Shown here one piece after another: positions 19,066-29,597 of a stretch of 64,000 bases of DNA. Positions within the stretch are counted from its first letter, which is position 1. Every line of letters starts with the position of its first letter. The stretch spans positions 1,408,001 through 1,472,000 of the forward strand of contig OZ219753.1 in the NCBI GenBank assembly GCA_964291315.2. The letters are read 5' to 3'. Source of the stretch: Candidatus Poribacteria bacterium. Its GTDB lineage: Bacteria > Poribacteria > WGA-4E > WGA-3G. The position numbers and the translations under genes are program-made. A model generated the notes under the pieces. The model did no database searches. It was given only the letters and a program-made list of their open reading frames with translations, and was not told the DNA's origin.

Positions 19066-20694
19066 ATGCAACTGACTAAACCTAAAAAAATTATAGGCAT
19101 CAGTCTAATTATCTTGATTGGGGCTATCATATTGTTATCTATTATCTATGATCGTACTGCTTTGTGGGAACCGAAACAACATCTTATTACTCTGCTACCG
19201 AAATCTCCAATCTGTTACCTGACGCTCAAGGAATTGAAAGGCTTAGTGGAGACCTTCAATCGCAGTGAGTTAGGACAACTGACATCTAAAATGCCCCTCC
19301 TCGCTGAAATACAGCAGCAACCCTGGTGGAAACAACTCCTTTATCAGAAACAGTTGTGGGAATACGAAACCGGCGGCAACCTGGACCTGAAGACAATCAC
19401 TGGTTATTTCGGAGAAGAAGCCATTCTTGCTGTTTATCAACGGGAAGAGATTTATACGTTTCTCCTTATTACAGCGGTCGGCGGAAAAGAGAAACTCAGT
19501 ATTGAGGCACTCACCGCAACCGATGCAATCAACCCAACGTATGAACGCCACCAGACTGCCTACCGTAAATTCACCATTAATACCATTATCGGGTATCCGC
19601 ATACTTTTAGTTATACCTTCATCGGAAAAATTGGGGTATTGAGCCTTGATCCACTACTTCTAGCCCAGACAATTGACCTCTATACCGAGACTTCTGGTGC
19701 GAAAACCGCACAAAACGCCCAAGGGTTTATCGCTCAGCATCCTATGTCTGAAAATATTCAGCACGATTACCATGAAAAAAAGAACACTGGATACCTAGAC
19801 CTTCAGCAGCTTGCACCTATATTGGATAACATGGATACCAACGCCTTGGTTAGCCAACTTTACAGACTCCTTGCGGATTCGGACTTCTGGACGTTTAGCA
19901 ATCAATACGAAGAGGGGGTGATTATTTCACAACATCGCCTTCACAAACAGACAGAACCTATCGGCCCTGTCTTTCTGTCTGTAGATGACCCAAAACTGTT
20001 TCTTGCTTTTCCTGAACCGACCGCTTTCGCTACTTCGCTACCGCTCCTAAATCAGATGACAAATTTTTTCGACGATATTGACCTCTCTCAATTTTTGGGA
20101 ACGACAGGGACACTTCTCTTAGTTTCCTCTCAAGCCGATGAAGTGTCGGTGGTACCTTCATTAGTGCTAATCGTACATGCCAAGGTTCCCGAGGCATTAA
20201 AGACGGTTTTGCAGATCGTGAGGCAGGGAAAAGTCTCTATTGCAGGCACATCGATGGAGTACCTTGAACCACTAGATTATAAAGAGGTGGCGATCCAACC
20301 GCTCCAATGTCGCCTTAATTTCCTATTGGCGGTTACTGGTGGATACGCGTTTATTGATGACTATTTTGTTTTGGGGACAACACTGATGGGGGTAAAGTCC
20401 ATTGTTGATACGATAAGAGGAGACCTCCCGACTTTAACCGACATTTCATTCTCAACAGATGCAAGGGGGGTACAGGCGTTCATTCAACCGGAGCTGTTCG
20501 TGCCGGAATTGAAACGCCTCCTGCCGTTGGCAACCGTGCTACTTTCGCTTTCTGGCCAGCAATTCGATGCAACACTGACGCGGCGTATCACTGAGAACCT
20601 CTTTCCATTAGAGTCCCTCGGTCCAATCTCTGCCAAGATAGATTTTAATGAGCAGTTTATAGACGCGGAGGTCCGGATTGTTTTGGAGAAGTAA
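19066..20694 (+). CDS. Membrane-anchored hypothetical protein (DUF3352-like)
   Basis: 542-aa ORF with an N-terminal TM anchor and two repeated alpha/beta halves (Y.FI/GY.FIDD.FV.G). Confidence 0.55.
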   Translation: MQLTKPKKIIGISLIILIGAIILLSIIYDRTALWEPKQHLITLLPKSPICYLTLKELKGLVETFNRSELGQLTSKMPLLAEIQQQPWWKQLLYQKQLWEYETGGNLDLKTITGYFGEEAILAVYQREEIYTFLLITAVGGKEKLSIEALTATDAINPTYERHQTAYRKFTINTIIGYPHTFSYTFIGKIGVLSLDPLLLAQTIDLYTETSGAKTAQNAQGFIAQHPMSENIQHDYHEKKNTGYLDLQQLAPILDNMDTNALVSQLYRLLADSDFWTFSNQYEEGVIISQHRLHKQTEPIGPVFLSVDDPKLFLAFPEPTAFATSLPLLNQMTNFFDDIDLSQFLGTTGTLLLVSSQADEVSVVPSLVLIVHAKVPEALKTVLQIVRQGKVSIAGTSMEYLEPLDYKEVAIQPLQCRLNFLLAVTGGYAFIDDYFVLGTTLMGVKSIVDTIRGDLPTLTDISFSTDARGVQAFIQPELFVPELKRLLPLATVLLSLSGQQFDATLTRRITENLFPLESLGPISAKIDFNEQFIDAEVRIVLEK

Positions 20695-20958
20695 TGCATT
20701 ATTGAGTTTAGGGGCATTCGCATGACATCCCGCAACTTTTACTGTGCTCTTATCCTATAATAATGTATAATCAAAAATAGTGGGCTTTTACAACAGAGAA
20801 AGGGACGCACAGGATGCTCATATTGCCAAGGAACCTTTGGACAGAATCCAATCCTGCCCCAACAAAATTTCGGCTCCAGAGCCCCTAAGGCGGCTTGCAC
20901 AGAAGGCGTGCAAGTCTTCAAACAACAGATACATATATATAAATTGGAAAATTAAAAT

Positions 20959-22011
20959 ATGAAAACAAAGATCGGTATCGGTATAATTAGTTTTGCACAC
21001 GGGCACGCCAACGCCTACTGCAATCAGATGCGACTGTTTGAAGATGTTAAACTTATCGCGTGTTGGGATGATAATACTGAGCGCGGAGAAGCGGCAGCGA
21101 AGCAATATGGCATGAGTTACTCGCCGCATGTGGAAGATGTTATCAACCACCCCGAAATTCATGCCGTGATTGTAACTTGTGAGACCAATAGACACACAGA
21201 GATGATAGAAGTGGCAGCATCAGAAAGGAAACATATCCTGTGTCAGAAACCGATGGCATTGACGTTGGAAGATTGCGATCGGATCGCTGATATTGTCGAA
21301 AAAACCGGCGTTAAGTTTATGATGGGTTATCAGATGCGGCGCGACCCCGCAAACATCGCTATGAAAGAACTCATTGATAGCAACGTGTTGGGAAAAATCG
21401 GGGTGCTGCGCCGCCGACACTGTATCAACGCCTTATTTAGCGAAGCCTTTGTGACAGGACCCAGTCGCTGGCATATCGACCCGGAGAAAAATATGGGCAT
21501 GTTCATGGACGATGCGTCTCACGCAACCGATTTTATCCATTGGATGCTCGGTAAACCTACAAGCGTTATTGCCGAAATAGATAACATTTTGACAGATGTC
21601 GCACCTGACGACACAGGATTAGCGGTCTATCGCTTCCCAGGCGGCGAAATGGCGATCCTATTGAATACATCTGTGACACTCGCCGGCGAAAATACGACTG
21701 AAATCTACGGGGATAAAGGAGTAGTGATCCAGAACTACGGCGATGCCCCCTCATGCAACATCCCGCGCCCGGTGGATGCTGTAGCACTAAAGTTATATAC
21801 ACGAGACGAACCTACATGGACAGATGTGGGGGTTCCGATTCCAGATGGCCACGGGGAGCGGATTGCCGGGGTGCCGCGTCCTTTTATTGATTGCGTAAAG
21901 AACGATACAGCCCCTGATGTCACGGTAGAAGACGGACGAGTTTCGGTAGAGATGGTATTGGGAGCGTATCGTTCGGCGCGAGAAGGGCGACGGGTTATGT
22001 TCCCGCTCTAA
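20959..22011 (+). CDS. Gfo/Idh/MocA oxidoreductase
   Basis: KHILCQKPMA, GYQMR.DP, D...H..D motif, C-terminal DGR..VE...AY.SA. Confidence 0.9.
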   Translation: MKTKIGIGIISFAHGHANAYCNQMRLFEDVKLIACWDDNTERGEAAAKQYGMSYSPHVEDVINHPEIHAVIVTCETNRHTEMIEVAASERKHILCQKPMALTLEDCDRIADIVEKTGVKFMMGYQMRRDPANIAMKELIDSNVLGKIGVLRRRHCINALFSEAFVTGPSRWHIDPEKNMGMFMDDASHATDFIHWMLGKPTSVIAEIDNILTDVAPDDTGLAVYRFPGGEMAILLNTSVTLAGENTTEIYGDKGVVIQNYGDAPSCNIPRPVDAVALKLYTRDEPTWTDVGVPIPDGHGERIAGVPRPFIDCVKNDTAPDVTVEDGRVSVEMVLGAYRSAREGRRVMFPL

Positions 22012-22346
22012 ATCGGAGCTGATGAATACTACAAGCGCATTCGTAGAAAGTGAAAAGAATCAGACAGCAGTATAAGAAACTAACTGCCTATGCTGCACCG
22101 GAATTAACGACCCGGTGCTTGCCACTACAAAAACCGTGTTTTTATTTTTCTACATGCTCTCCACACTATTTGCTCTATTGTGTTAAATAATACACGCTTT
22201 CGTTAGATTACACTGTTATTTTAGCGGCTTTACGTTGGCACGATTCTTGCCTTATTTGACTTAGATAAAGGTCCCATAGTACAGACTGTTGGTTTGTGCT
22301 ATCTGTTTCTTTAGGTAATTTAGGATCAAATTGGAGGTAACAAAAC

Positions 22347-23312
22347 ATGTGCTACATAAGCTACGACGGTAACTATTATAAACCCGGTGCAAATTTGTCG
22401 AGGTTGTTTCAAGATTTAGTGGTCAAACCATCTGCAAACCCTGATCTGCTGACCCAAGCGTGGATGCAACTAGTGAGAAATACTGGGGACAAATATCATA
22501 GAAAGAATATTCTGGAACAAGGAAGGACCAATTTTGATGAACCCTTTGAAGGACTTGCGCCAAAAGAAAAGGTGTTACTCTATTGTTTCTATTATATGCC
22601 TATGCACCTTTTTAGTTCTTATCATATTTTCACGAACTACCTTACACCCATGAGCAATAAAGTTGTGTTCATCGACTTTGGTTGTGGTCCCTTAACTTCG
22701 GGTGTCGCGTTTTGGGCAGCTTTTGCAAAAGATTGCGATCTCACTTATTTAGGAATCGATAGTTCGGACTCTATGCTTGATATGGCTCAGAAAATCAACC
22801 AGTATGGATCTAGCAGTGGTGAACCTTTCTTTGAAAAAGTCCGGCTGATGCGTCGCTCGGATAATTTGCTTGACTGCTTGGATGATTACATTACAAAAGG
22901 GGATCAGACACAAATTATATTTAACTTCTGCTATTTTCTTGCAAGTAAGACATTGGATGCATTAAAAATAGCTGAATTGTCTAACTGCCTCAATCAGATT
23001 GCAGCGAATTACGATCAACATGAAATGCGCCTGGTGTACCAGAACCCGTATCGTTCCCCGGACGGTCATCACAACTGGATCACACTCAAAGGAAAACTAT
23101 CAGCGTTGTTTGAAAGCCAAATAACTGAAAATACTGAGAGGTTTCGTTGTGAGTTGTACCAACTACGAAGTGGTCGGATAACGTCCAATAGTATCCCGAC
23201 AACAGTTTACTTCGATCTGATTTCCAATAAAGTAAATGCTACTTTTAGAAAACCATTTGAGTCGTTATCATATCTAATGGAGAACCCGCCCTTGAGGCGT
23301 TATCGTACCTAA
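22347..23312 (+). CDS. Class I SAM-dependent methyltransferase-like protein
   Basis: GGAGG RBS; VVFIDFGCGP (motif I), YLGIDSS..M (motif II); AT-rich. Confidence 0.65.
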   Translation: MCYISYDGNYYKPGANLSRLFQDLVVKPSANPDLLTQAWMQLVRNTGDKYHRKNILEQGRTNFDEPFEGLAPKEKVLLYCFYYMPMHLFSSYHIFTNYLTPMSNKVVFIDFGCGPLTSGVAFWAAFAKDCDLTYLGIDSSDSMLDMAQKINQYGSSSGEPFFEKVRLMRRSDNLLDCLDDYITKGDQTQIIFNFCYFLASKTLDALKIAELSNCLNQIAANYDQHEMRLVYQNPYRSPDGHHNWITLKGKLSALFESQITENTERFRCELYQLRSGRITSNSIPTTVYFDLISNKVNATFRKPFESLSYLMENPPLRRYRT

Positions 23313-23326
23313 TGGAGAACTGACAC

Positions 23327-23992
23327 ATGGCAGCGAAACAATTAGATCTTTTCCCGGAAGCCTTTGCAGGAATCAACGGGCTCCGACACGTACAGAACTA
23401 TATTACGGAGGACCAACACGACTGGTTGTTAAATCAAATTGATAACGTGCATCAGCACCAGTGGCTTGATGACCTAAAGCGGCGGGTTCAACATTACGGG
23501 TTTAAATACGATTACCGAGCACGGAAAGTCAACCTCGATATGCGCATCGGTGAATTACCAAAGTGGTTGGAAGAACTTAGCTGCAAACTTCATGAAGATA
23601 GGCATATTCCAGAAATAGCGGATCAGGTGATTATTAATGAATATCTACCCGGGCAGGGAATTTCAAGCCACATTGATTGTGAACCCTGTTTTGAAGGGAC
23701 AATCGCCTCCCTAAGCTTAGGGTCGGGATGTGTGATGAATTTCACACACAAATCCGATAGATCAAGAAAAATTCCTGTGTGGCTCGAGCCGAGAAGTCTT
23801 ATTGTATTAACAGGTGAAGCGAGATATGATTGGTTACACGGGATCCCCGCCAGAAAATCGGATAAGTGGAAGGGACACCATAAGCGCAAACGACGAGTAT
23901 CGCTGACCTTTAGAAAAGTAATTCTGAAAACAGAGACGAAAAAACACCAAACGGATAAAAAAAGGCCCGACCGAGAGACCGCGCCTTTCTGA
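23327..23992 (+). CDS. AlkB-family 2OG-Fe(II) dioxygenase
   Basis: RRVQHYG..YDY, INEY.PGQGI..HID, SLSLGS, W.HGI, RVSLTFR (HxD...H...R). Confidence 0.92.
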   Translation: MAAKQLDLFPEAFAGINGLRHVQNYITEDQHDWLLNQIDNVHQHQWLDDLKRRVQHYGFKYDYRARKVNLDMRIGELPKWLEELSCKLHEDRHIPEIADQVIINEYLPGQGISSHIDCEPCFEGTIASLSLGSGCVMNFTHKSDRSRKIPVWLEPRSLIVLTGEARYDWLHGIPARKSDKWKGHHKRKRRVSLTFRKVILKTETKKHQTDKKRPDRETAPF

Positions 23993-23998
23993 TTTAGC

Positions 23999-24817
23999 TC
24001 AACGTTCCGCCCGATGCCACATATTAATGAGGCGGGCCAAGTGGGCGCGGCCCGCCTTTACTCTCTGATCTAAGTCTTTTGAAAGTCCGCTTAACAGATC
24101 ATTACCCATTTCCTTAGCCGTTTCCACCTGCTTTTTGAGTTGATAAGCATGTCCGCTTTTAAGCCGATTTATCTCTAAGCGCAATTCACTTGCCGCACGG
24201 TTCAGGCGCTGAATCTCGGCCTGTAAAGCTTTCTGCTTTTCAGCATCTGTTTTTTCAGTGATATGTGCTTCTGTGTCACCGAGGGTTAACCGCTCTAAGG
24301 TTTGAAAGTCCCCCTCCTGATAAGCACGATTAATGAGGGGCATCAGTCGTTCTCGCCGTTTTTCTTCTTCAGCATCCGGCGCCTTGTCTGGATGGTGCTG
24401 TTTGGCGAGGTTTCGGTAAAGTTTTTGCAGCTGTCTGGTTTTGGAGGCAGAAGGTTTGTCTTCTCGAAATACCGGTTGAGATTCTTTCGATGCCGCGTAG
24501 GCATCTATACGGGCACGACTTGCTCTAAAACACGATTCTACGCGCCCTTCTATCTCTTCCTCGTTCACCTGTGATCGACGCAGTTGTAGACGGAGGTAGT
24601 ACTCTTTCGTCTCAAGTTCGACCTTGTCGAGTTCGAGGTAATAACGACTAATACGCGCATTGTAACGCCGTTCAAACATGTCCACTTCTGACTTGAGCTC
24701 CTTGGCTGTTACAGTGAGTTCCTCTACCTTCATCCGTTTGGCTTCAATAGCTTTCCTGAGTCGAGCTATTCGATTTTCATTGGTGTTATCGAGATGAACT
24801 AAGGCAGCAGGTTTCAT
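23999..24817 (-). CDS. Coiled-coil protein with a central J domain
   Basis: LYRNLAKQHHPDK...LMPLINRAY (HPD motif) flanked by coiled coils. Confidence 0.8.
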   Translation of the reverse strand: MKPAALVHLDNTNENRIARLRKAIEAKRMKVEELTVTAKELKSEVDMFERRYNARISRYYLELDKVELETKEYYLRLQLRRSQVNEEEIEGRVESCFRASRARIDAYAASKESQPVFREDKPSASKTRQLQKLYRNLAKQHHPDKAPDAEEEKRRERLMPLINRAYQEGDFQTLERLTLGDTEAHITEKTDAEKQKALQAEIQRLNRAASELRLEINRLKSGHAYQLKKQVETAKEMGNDLLSGLSKDLDQRVKAGRAHLARLINMWHRAER

Positions 24818-24948
24818 GCGTATTTCCTAACTGGACGACATAAGCGACTCTTGCATATAAACAGACGAACTCAGAAAGCACACCTATGCAGATCTTGGCG
24901 CGTGTACACGGAGAAATCTTGTCTTAGGCATCACTAAAGAAGCTGTCC

Positions 24949-25311
24949 CTATTTTTTCCGGTAGGTAATCCGGCCCCGCGTCAAATCGTACGGAGATAGT
25001 TCCACGGTTACCTTATCGCCCGGCAGGATTTTAATAAAAAATTTCCGCATTCGGCCAGAGATATGTGCAAGGATTTGATGCTTATTACTCAATTCCACGC
25101 GGAACATAGCGTTAGGTAAAGGTTCTATAACGGTGCCTTCAACCTCTATTTTATCATTTTTAGGGGTTCCCTGTTCTCCTCCCTCGCTTTTAACTTTAGT
25201 GTTAGCGTCAGAATCACGCTGTTTTTTATATTTCGATTTGGGTTTCGGACGGTTCGTATTCGCATACCGCGTCTGCGGCTTTTTCTTATTTCGTGAGGAT
25301 CTTCGATTCAC
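24949..25311 (-). CDS. infA: Translation initiation factor IF-1 with an N-terminal basic extension
   Basis: [21 protein letters not shown]...[36 protein letters not shown]; GTG start after AAAGGAG. Confidence 0.93.
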   Translation of the reverse strand: MNRRSSRNKKKPQTRYANTNRPKPKSKYKKQRDSDANTKVKSEGGEQGTPKNDKIEVEGTVIEPLPNAMFRVELSNKHQILAHISGRMRKFFIKILPGDKVTVELSPYDLTRGRITYRKK

Positions 25312-25424
25312 AGTATAAATCTCCTTTTTTCTTAAATGTAGCTAGCAATGCAAAGCTCATATATCCGGTTTGCGCCATGCTACGCAGAAAACGCCCACAG
25401 AGCGGTGCATTATAAATCGTTGGA

Positions 25425-26216
25425 TTATTCACCTTCAAAACTAAAACACTTTCCGGTTTCAACAACGAGTTCATGGAAATAATCCCTAGCAAGTCCAAGC
25501 TGCATTTCGGCATCCACTTTGTTTCTGCTCGTTGAAACCAGATCGACGGGCATAGTGTCGCTGTCCACTTTTCGGAGAGACACGTAAGCCTTGAGATAGA
25601 CCTCTGAGTGACGTTCCATCACCTTCTGCATCAGTGGTGAAACTTCCGCCTCAAACATATTTACATAAACACGTGCTGTAATCACTTCTGAACGATAACG
25701 TTCAGCAATTAGGGGTTGAATGTGTGTGTCAAAAACCGCCTTCATTTCGCGAGGCGGACCAGGCATCGTCATGATAGTGGAACCTTTGTGGGTGACCCTG
25801 ATGCATGGTGCCCATCCTTCCGGGTTCTGCAAGACAACAGCTGTTTCCGGTACAGTCGCCATCTTTATTAATGCTCCACTCATCGGATCGTTTTCTGACA
25901 TCTCGCGGCGTTTCCGAAATTCAGCGACAGTTTCTTCACTTACCACAAGTGGGGTCCGAATCAGTGAAGCCATAACTTCGACTGTCATATCGTCAGGTGT
26001 AGGACCGAGGCCACCAGTTGTGAGAATGAGTGAGGTTTCCCGTTCTACTGCTGAGATCAACGCCTCAGACATCTCATCACGGTCGTCGCGAAGCATCGTG
26101 ACGCGTCGTAATTCGCCACCGATTTGAAGAATTTGCTGTGCAAGCCAGTGGGCGTTGGTATCCTGAATCTGCCCAAGGACTAACTCCGTACCGATTGAGA
26201 ACAGTTCAATTGCCAC
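25425..26216 (-). CDS. CinA-like (competence/damage-inducible, molybdopterin-binding domain) protein
   Basis: IGTELVLGQIQDTNA, TTGGLGPTPDDMT, MPGPP.EM. GTG 26216 follows AAGGAGG. Confidence 0.85.
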   Translation of the reverse strand: MAIELFSIGTELVLGQIQDTNAHWLAQQILQIGGELRRVTMLRDDRDEMSEALISAVERETSLILTTGGLGPTPDDMTVEVMASLIRTPLVVSEETVAEFRKRREMSENDPMSGALIKMATVPETAVVLQNPEGWAPCIRVTHKGSTIMTMPGPPREMKAVFDTHIQPLIAERYRSEVITARVYVNMFEAEVSPLMQKVMERHSEVYLKAYVSLRKVDSDTMPVDLVSTSRNKVDAEMQLGLARDYFHELVVETGKCFSFEGE

Positions 26217-26229
26217 CCTACCCTCCTTT

Positions 26230-27270
26230 TTAAAGCGTCTCGCTGAGGAACTCAAATGCACCCACACCGTAAAAACTGTGTCCTGCTTCAAACGCCTCGA
26301 ATTCTAATTTGTTTTCTGCTTGGAAGCATTTGTAAATTGCCTTTGCCTTGTTGACCGCGAAACGAGTGGCTTCAATCGGAAAGATTGTATCTTCCGTGCC
26401 AGATTCGACAAATAGCGCACGCGGTGCAATTAGTCCTGCTATGTCGTACATCTCTGCATATTGTAGCACATTCGGGATATAGTTGTCTATACAGTGGCTC
26501 AAACTTAGAATGCTATCCCGGAATGTGTTGAAATAACCGCTTACGACTGCAGCCTTGACTCGTGCATCGATTGCGGCAGTAAAAAAGGCCGTGGTGCCAC
26601 CCCCAGAAATACCCATCACCCCCAAGCGAGTCGCATCGATCTCAGGACGGGTCCCTAGATAGTCGAAGGCACGCGCAGCATCGTAGACCCGCCAACCGAC
26701 CATTGTCTGCCCTAGAAGGAGTGCTGCCCCTGCACTCGGTTGGCATGATGAATGGCCGCCTCCATGCCCACGCGCTACCGGATCACGGCGGTGTCCGAAC
26801 CCAAATTGTTCGATCGCAAGTACAGTGTAGCCGTGTGCAACGCATTGGAGTGCAAAGTCATTTTGGTAACCTCCAAACGCTGAGCGCACCGTTCCGTCTT
26901 CCTCAATACCTATAATATCATCTACGCCGCGTCCATGCCCGGCCAGACAGAGAATCGCCGGGTTCGGTGCTGAAACGTTGAGACGCTTTGGAGAAAGAAG
27001 GTAACCGAAGACCGACATGTGTGGACGGCTCTTAAACTGTAACGTTTCCCGGAGGTACGTCGGAAACTCATGTGTTTCCAAAACTTCCGCTTCTAAATCG
27101 CATGCCTCATGTGGGAAACCACCAACTAGTTCGATGAGTTTTGCCCGAAGTTCCCGCTGCCAAACTTCCCCTTCCGCTTTGCTCGTGGCTTGGAACGCAA
27201 GTTGCTGTGGTGTATCGGCATACAACTGGTGTGAAAAGGCTAAAGTGTCTCTCTCCGGTTCATGATGCAT
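26230..27270 (-). CDS. Alpha/beta hydrolase (dienelactone hydrolase / acetyl-xylan-esterase-like)
   Basis: GISGGG nucleophile elbow, LIAPRAL, D..FP, GHSF. Confidence 0.85.
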   Translation of the reverse strand: MHHEPERDTLAFSHQLYADTPQQLAFQATSKAEGEVWQRELRAKLIELVGGFPHEACDLEAEVLETHEFPTYLRETLQFKSRPHMSVFGYLLSPKRLNVSAPNPAILCLAGHGRGVDDIIGIEEDGTVRSAFGGYQNDFALQCVAHGYTVLAIEQFGFGHRRDPVARGHGGGHSSCQPSAGAALLLGQTMVGWRVYDAARAFDYLGTRPEIDATRLGVMGISGGGTTAFFTAAIDARVKAAVVSGYFNTFRDSILSLSHCIDNYIPNVLQYAEMYDIAGLIAPRALFVESGTEDTIFPIEATRFAVNKAKAIYKCFQAENKLEFEAFEAGHSFYGVGAFEFLSETL

Positions 27271-27313
27271 CGCGTGCCTCCAAAAAGTAGAACGTTTGGA
27301 CATCGTTCGGATG

Positions 27314-28576
27314 TTATCGGTCCAAAAGGTTTAAAACCAACCCAGTTGCCATTTTCGGATAGAAGTAGGTAGATTTTTGTGGCATTGTTGACCCGGCCAT
27401 AGCTACCTCCAGGACCTGCTCGACCGGCGTAGGATTCATGAGGATCGCGATCCGGTCAGATCTACCTTTCACATGCGCAACGGCATCATCTACATAAGCG
27501 GTGTAGCTAATGTGTTTCGCTACTGTTTCGACTTGGAATATTTCCTTGATTAACGTCTCTTGAACGAAGGCGACATCCAATTGACTAGGCGTTGTTGAAC
27601 GCGGAATCAGCAAACGGAAGTTATCGTCTGCCGTATATATACCAGTCGCAGCAAACTTGCCTCTCAGCGAATCCAGCTTTTCCATAAGATTTGCTTGTGT
27701 CTCGATTTTATGCACCTCGAATACTTCTGGTAATTTTGCGATAGCCTCGGTGATTTTGCGAGGATTGAGGTTGTCGAGCAGTCGATGAATCGCTAAAACA
27801 GCCAGCCCCGGCGACTCCATCCTGACAAGGTTCATCATCATATAGTCATAGCCGGTCGATTTAGTGTCCGGCACCTTCTGCGTTATTTCGTCACGGAAAG
27901 CCAGCGCGGTCTCATAACGGTGATGCCCGTCAGCAATGAGAAGCGGTTTTGATGTGAAAAGAGTTTGAATCTCGCGATTGCGTTCTACGTCATCTAAACA
28001 CCACAATTGGTGTGTGCTTCCGAACGTCTCCGCGCACTCAACATCGGGGGCATGTCCGTCGGTGAAACTTCGCATTATGTCTTCTATCTCACCCTCGCTG
28101 TCAGTGTAAAGCAGAAAAATCGGACTCAGGTTCGCATGACACTCGCGCATAAGGTTGAGCCGGTCCACCTTGGGGCCAGCGTGCGTTTTTTCGTGTGGCA
28201 AAATGATTCTGTTTTTAAAGGGCTCAAGTTTGACTAAGGCGATTAAGGCGCGACGCGTGTAGCTTTTCCCGTCTGGCGCCTTAAACGATTGATCGTAAAT
28301 ATAATAACGCGGCGTTGTGTCCCGGACGAGAGTACGCTCTGAAATCCACCGGTTCATGAGGGCTGCGGCTCGTGTATATTGATTTGCGTCTGTAGTATCA
28401 TTGGCGCAGGGCTGGCTTAAAATTAGACGGATGATATTGGCGGGATGGCGTGCCTCTAAAGCAAGCCGTTCTTGAGTTTTGATCACATCGTAGGGAGGCG
28501 AAATAACATTCTCAATCCGGCCTACCTGTGTTGCGTTGTAGCGTAAGCCACAAAACGGAATAACTGTGGTATCCAT
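27314..28576 (-). CDS. DUF1015 family protein
   Basis: SPPYDVI, ILPHEKT, IADGHHRYETA, MPQKSTYFYPK. Confidence 0.9.
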   Translation of the reverse strand: MDTTVIPFCGLRYNATQVGRIENVISPPYDVIKTQERLALEARHPANIIRLILSQPCANDTTDANQYTRAAALMNRWISERTLVRDTTPRYYIYDQSFKAPDGKSYTRRALIALVKLEPFKNRIILPHEKTHAGPKVDRLNLMRECHANLSPIFLLYTDSEGEIEDIMRSFTDGHAPDVECAETFGSTHQLWCLDDVERNREIQTLFTSKPLLIADGHHRYETALAFRDEITQKVPDTKSTGYDYMMMNLVRMESPGLAVLAIHRLLDNLNPRKITEAIAKLPEVFEVHKIETQANLMEKLDSLRGKFAATGIYTADDNFRLLIPRSTTPSQLDVAFVQETLIKEIFQVETVAKHISYTAYVDDAVAHVKGRSDRIAILMNPTPVEQVLEVAMAGSTMPQKSTYFYPKMATGLVLNLLDR

Positions 28577-28641
28577 GTTTTTAAATTCTTGAGTTTCTCC
28601 TATTGCGTCATTGTTCTCACAGGTTGCTAATCGTTAAAAAG

Positions 28642-29571
28642 TTAATCCCAAAGTCGTGTACTAAAATAGCGTTCACCGAGGTCGTTGAAGACTGTGACGA
28701 TAACGCCCGTCTGAATTTCTTGGGCGACTCGATAGGCCCCGTAAAGGTAACCCCCGGAAGATTGCCCGACAAACCAACCGCGTCTAGCGAGCCGGCTACA
28801 CATTTCATGCGCTTTTTCAATCGTAGCGGGGATTCGACAATCAATCACAGATTCGTCGAGGATTTCTGGAACAATATCGTCTGGATGCCCCAACGGTTTT
28901 AGGCCCTCAATCCCAGGAAACGCTTCAGGCGCGATTGAGCAGACTTGGACCTCTGAGTTGTAATTTTTCAAGCGTTTGCCAACGCCTGTAATCGTTCCCC
29001 CGGTTCCGACACCTGCGACAAAGTGTGTGACTTTACCGCCCGTCTGTTTCCATATCTCAACGCCTGTGGTTTCGTAGTGTGCTCGCCAATTATTTTCATT
29101 CACGTATTGCGACTTGAAAAAATACTTATCAGGATGTGCTTCATAACGACGATCGACTTCCCGCAGTGCTTCATCGTAACCGAGGAGAGCATCGGTATAG
29201 ATAATTTTCGCACCGTGTGCCTGGATCCGCTTTTTCCGTTCTTCACTAGCGTTATCTGGAATGACGAGTTCCACTTTGTAGCCGAGCGTGGCACCTATCA
29301 TAGCATAGGCAATCCCGGCATTGCCCGAACTCGAATCCAAGATAACTTTCTCGCGTGTGAGTTCTCCGGATGCTATCGCCTCTGTCAGCATTCTTAAAAC
29401 CGGACGATCTTTGATCGATCCGCCTGGGTTATAGGTTTCTACTTTTGCGTAGATCTCGACGTTCGGCAGCTCATCAGCAAAGAGATCTATTTTCGCGAGC
29501 GGTGTTCGTCCTATAATTTGGAGCAATGGATATTCTGAAAGATTCACTTTTTCAGGCTTGCGCTGGCTCAT
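28642..29571 (-). CDS. PLP-dependent cysteine synthase family protein (CysM-like)
   Basis: NPGGSIKDR, SSGNAG, GVGTGGT, GQSSG, D.GERY.S. Confidence 0.9.
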   Translation of the reverse strand: MSQRKPEKVNLSEYPLLQIIGRTPLAKIDLFADELPNVEIYAKVETYNPGGSIKDRPVLRMLTEAIASGELTREKVILDSSSGNAGIAYAMIGATLGYKVELVIPDNASEERKKRIQAHGAKIIYTDALLGYDEALREVDRRYEAHPDKYFFKSQYVNENNWRAHYETTGVEIWKQTGGKVTHFVAGVGTGGTITGVGKRLKNYNSEVQVCSIAPEAFPGIEGLKPLGHPDDIVPEILDESVIDCRIPATIEKAHEMCSRLARRGWFVGQSSGGYLYGAYRVAQEIQTGVIVTVFNDLGERYFSTRLWD

Positions 29572-29597
29572 TTAGCGTTGTCTATCCTATCTTGGTA

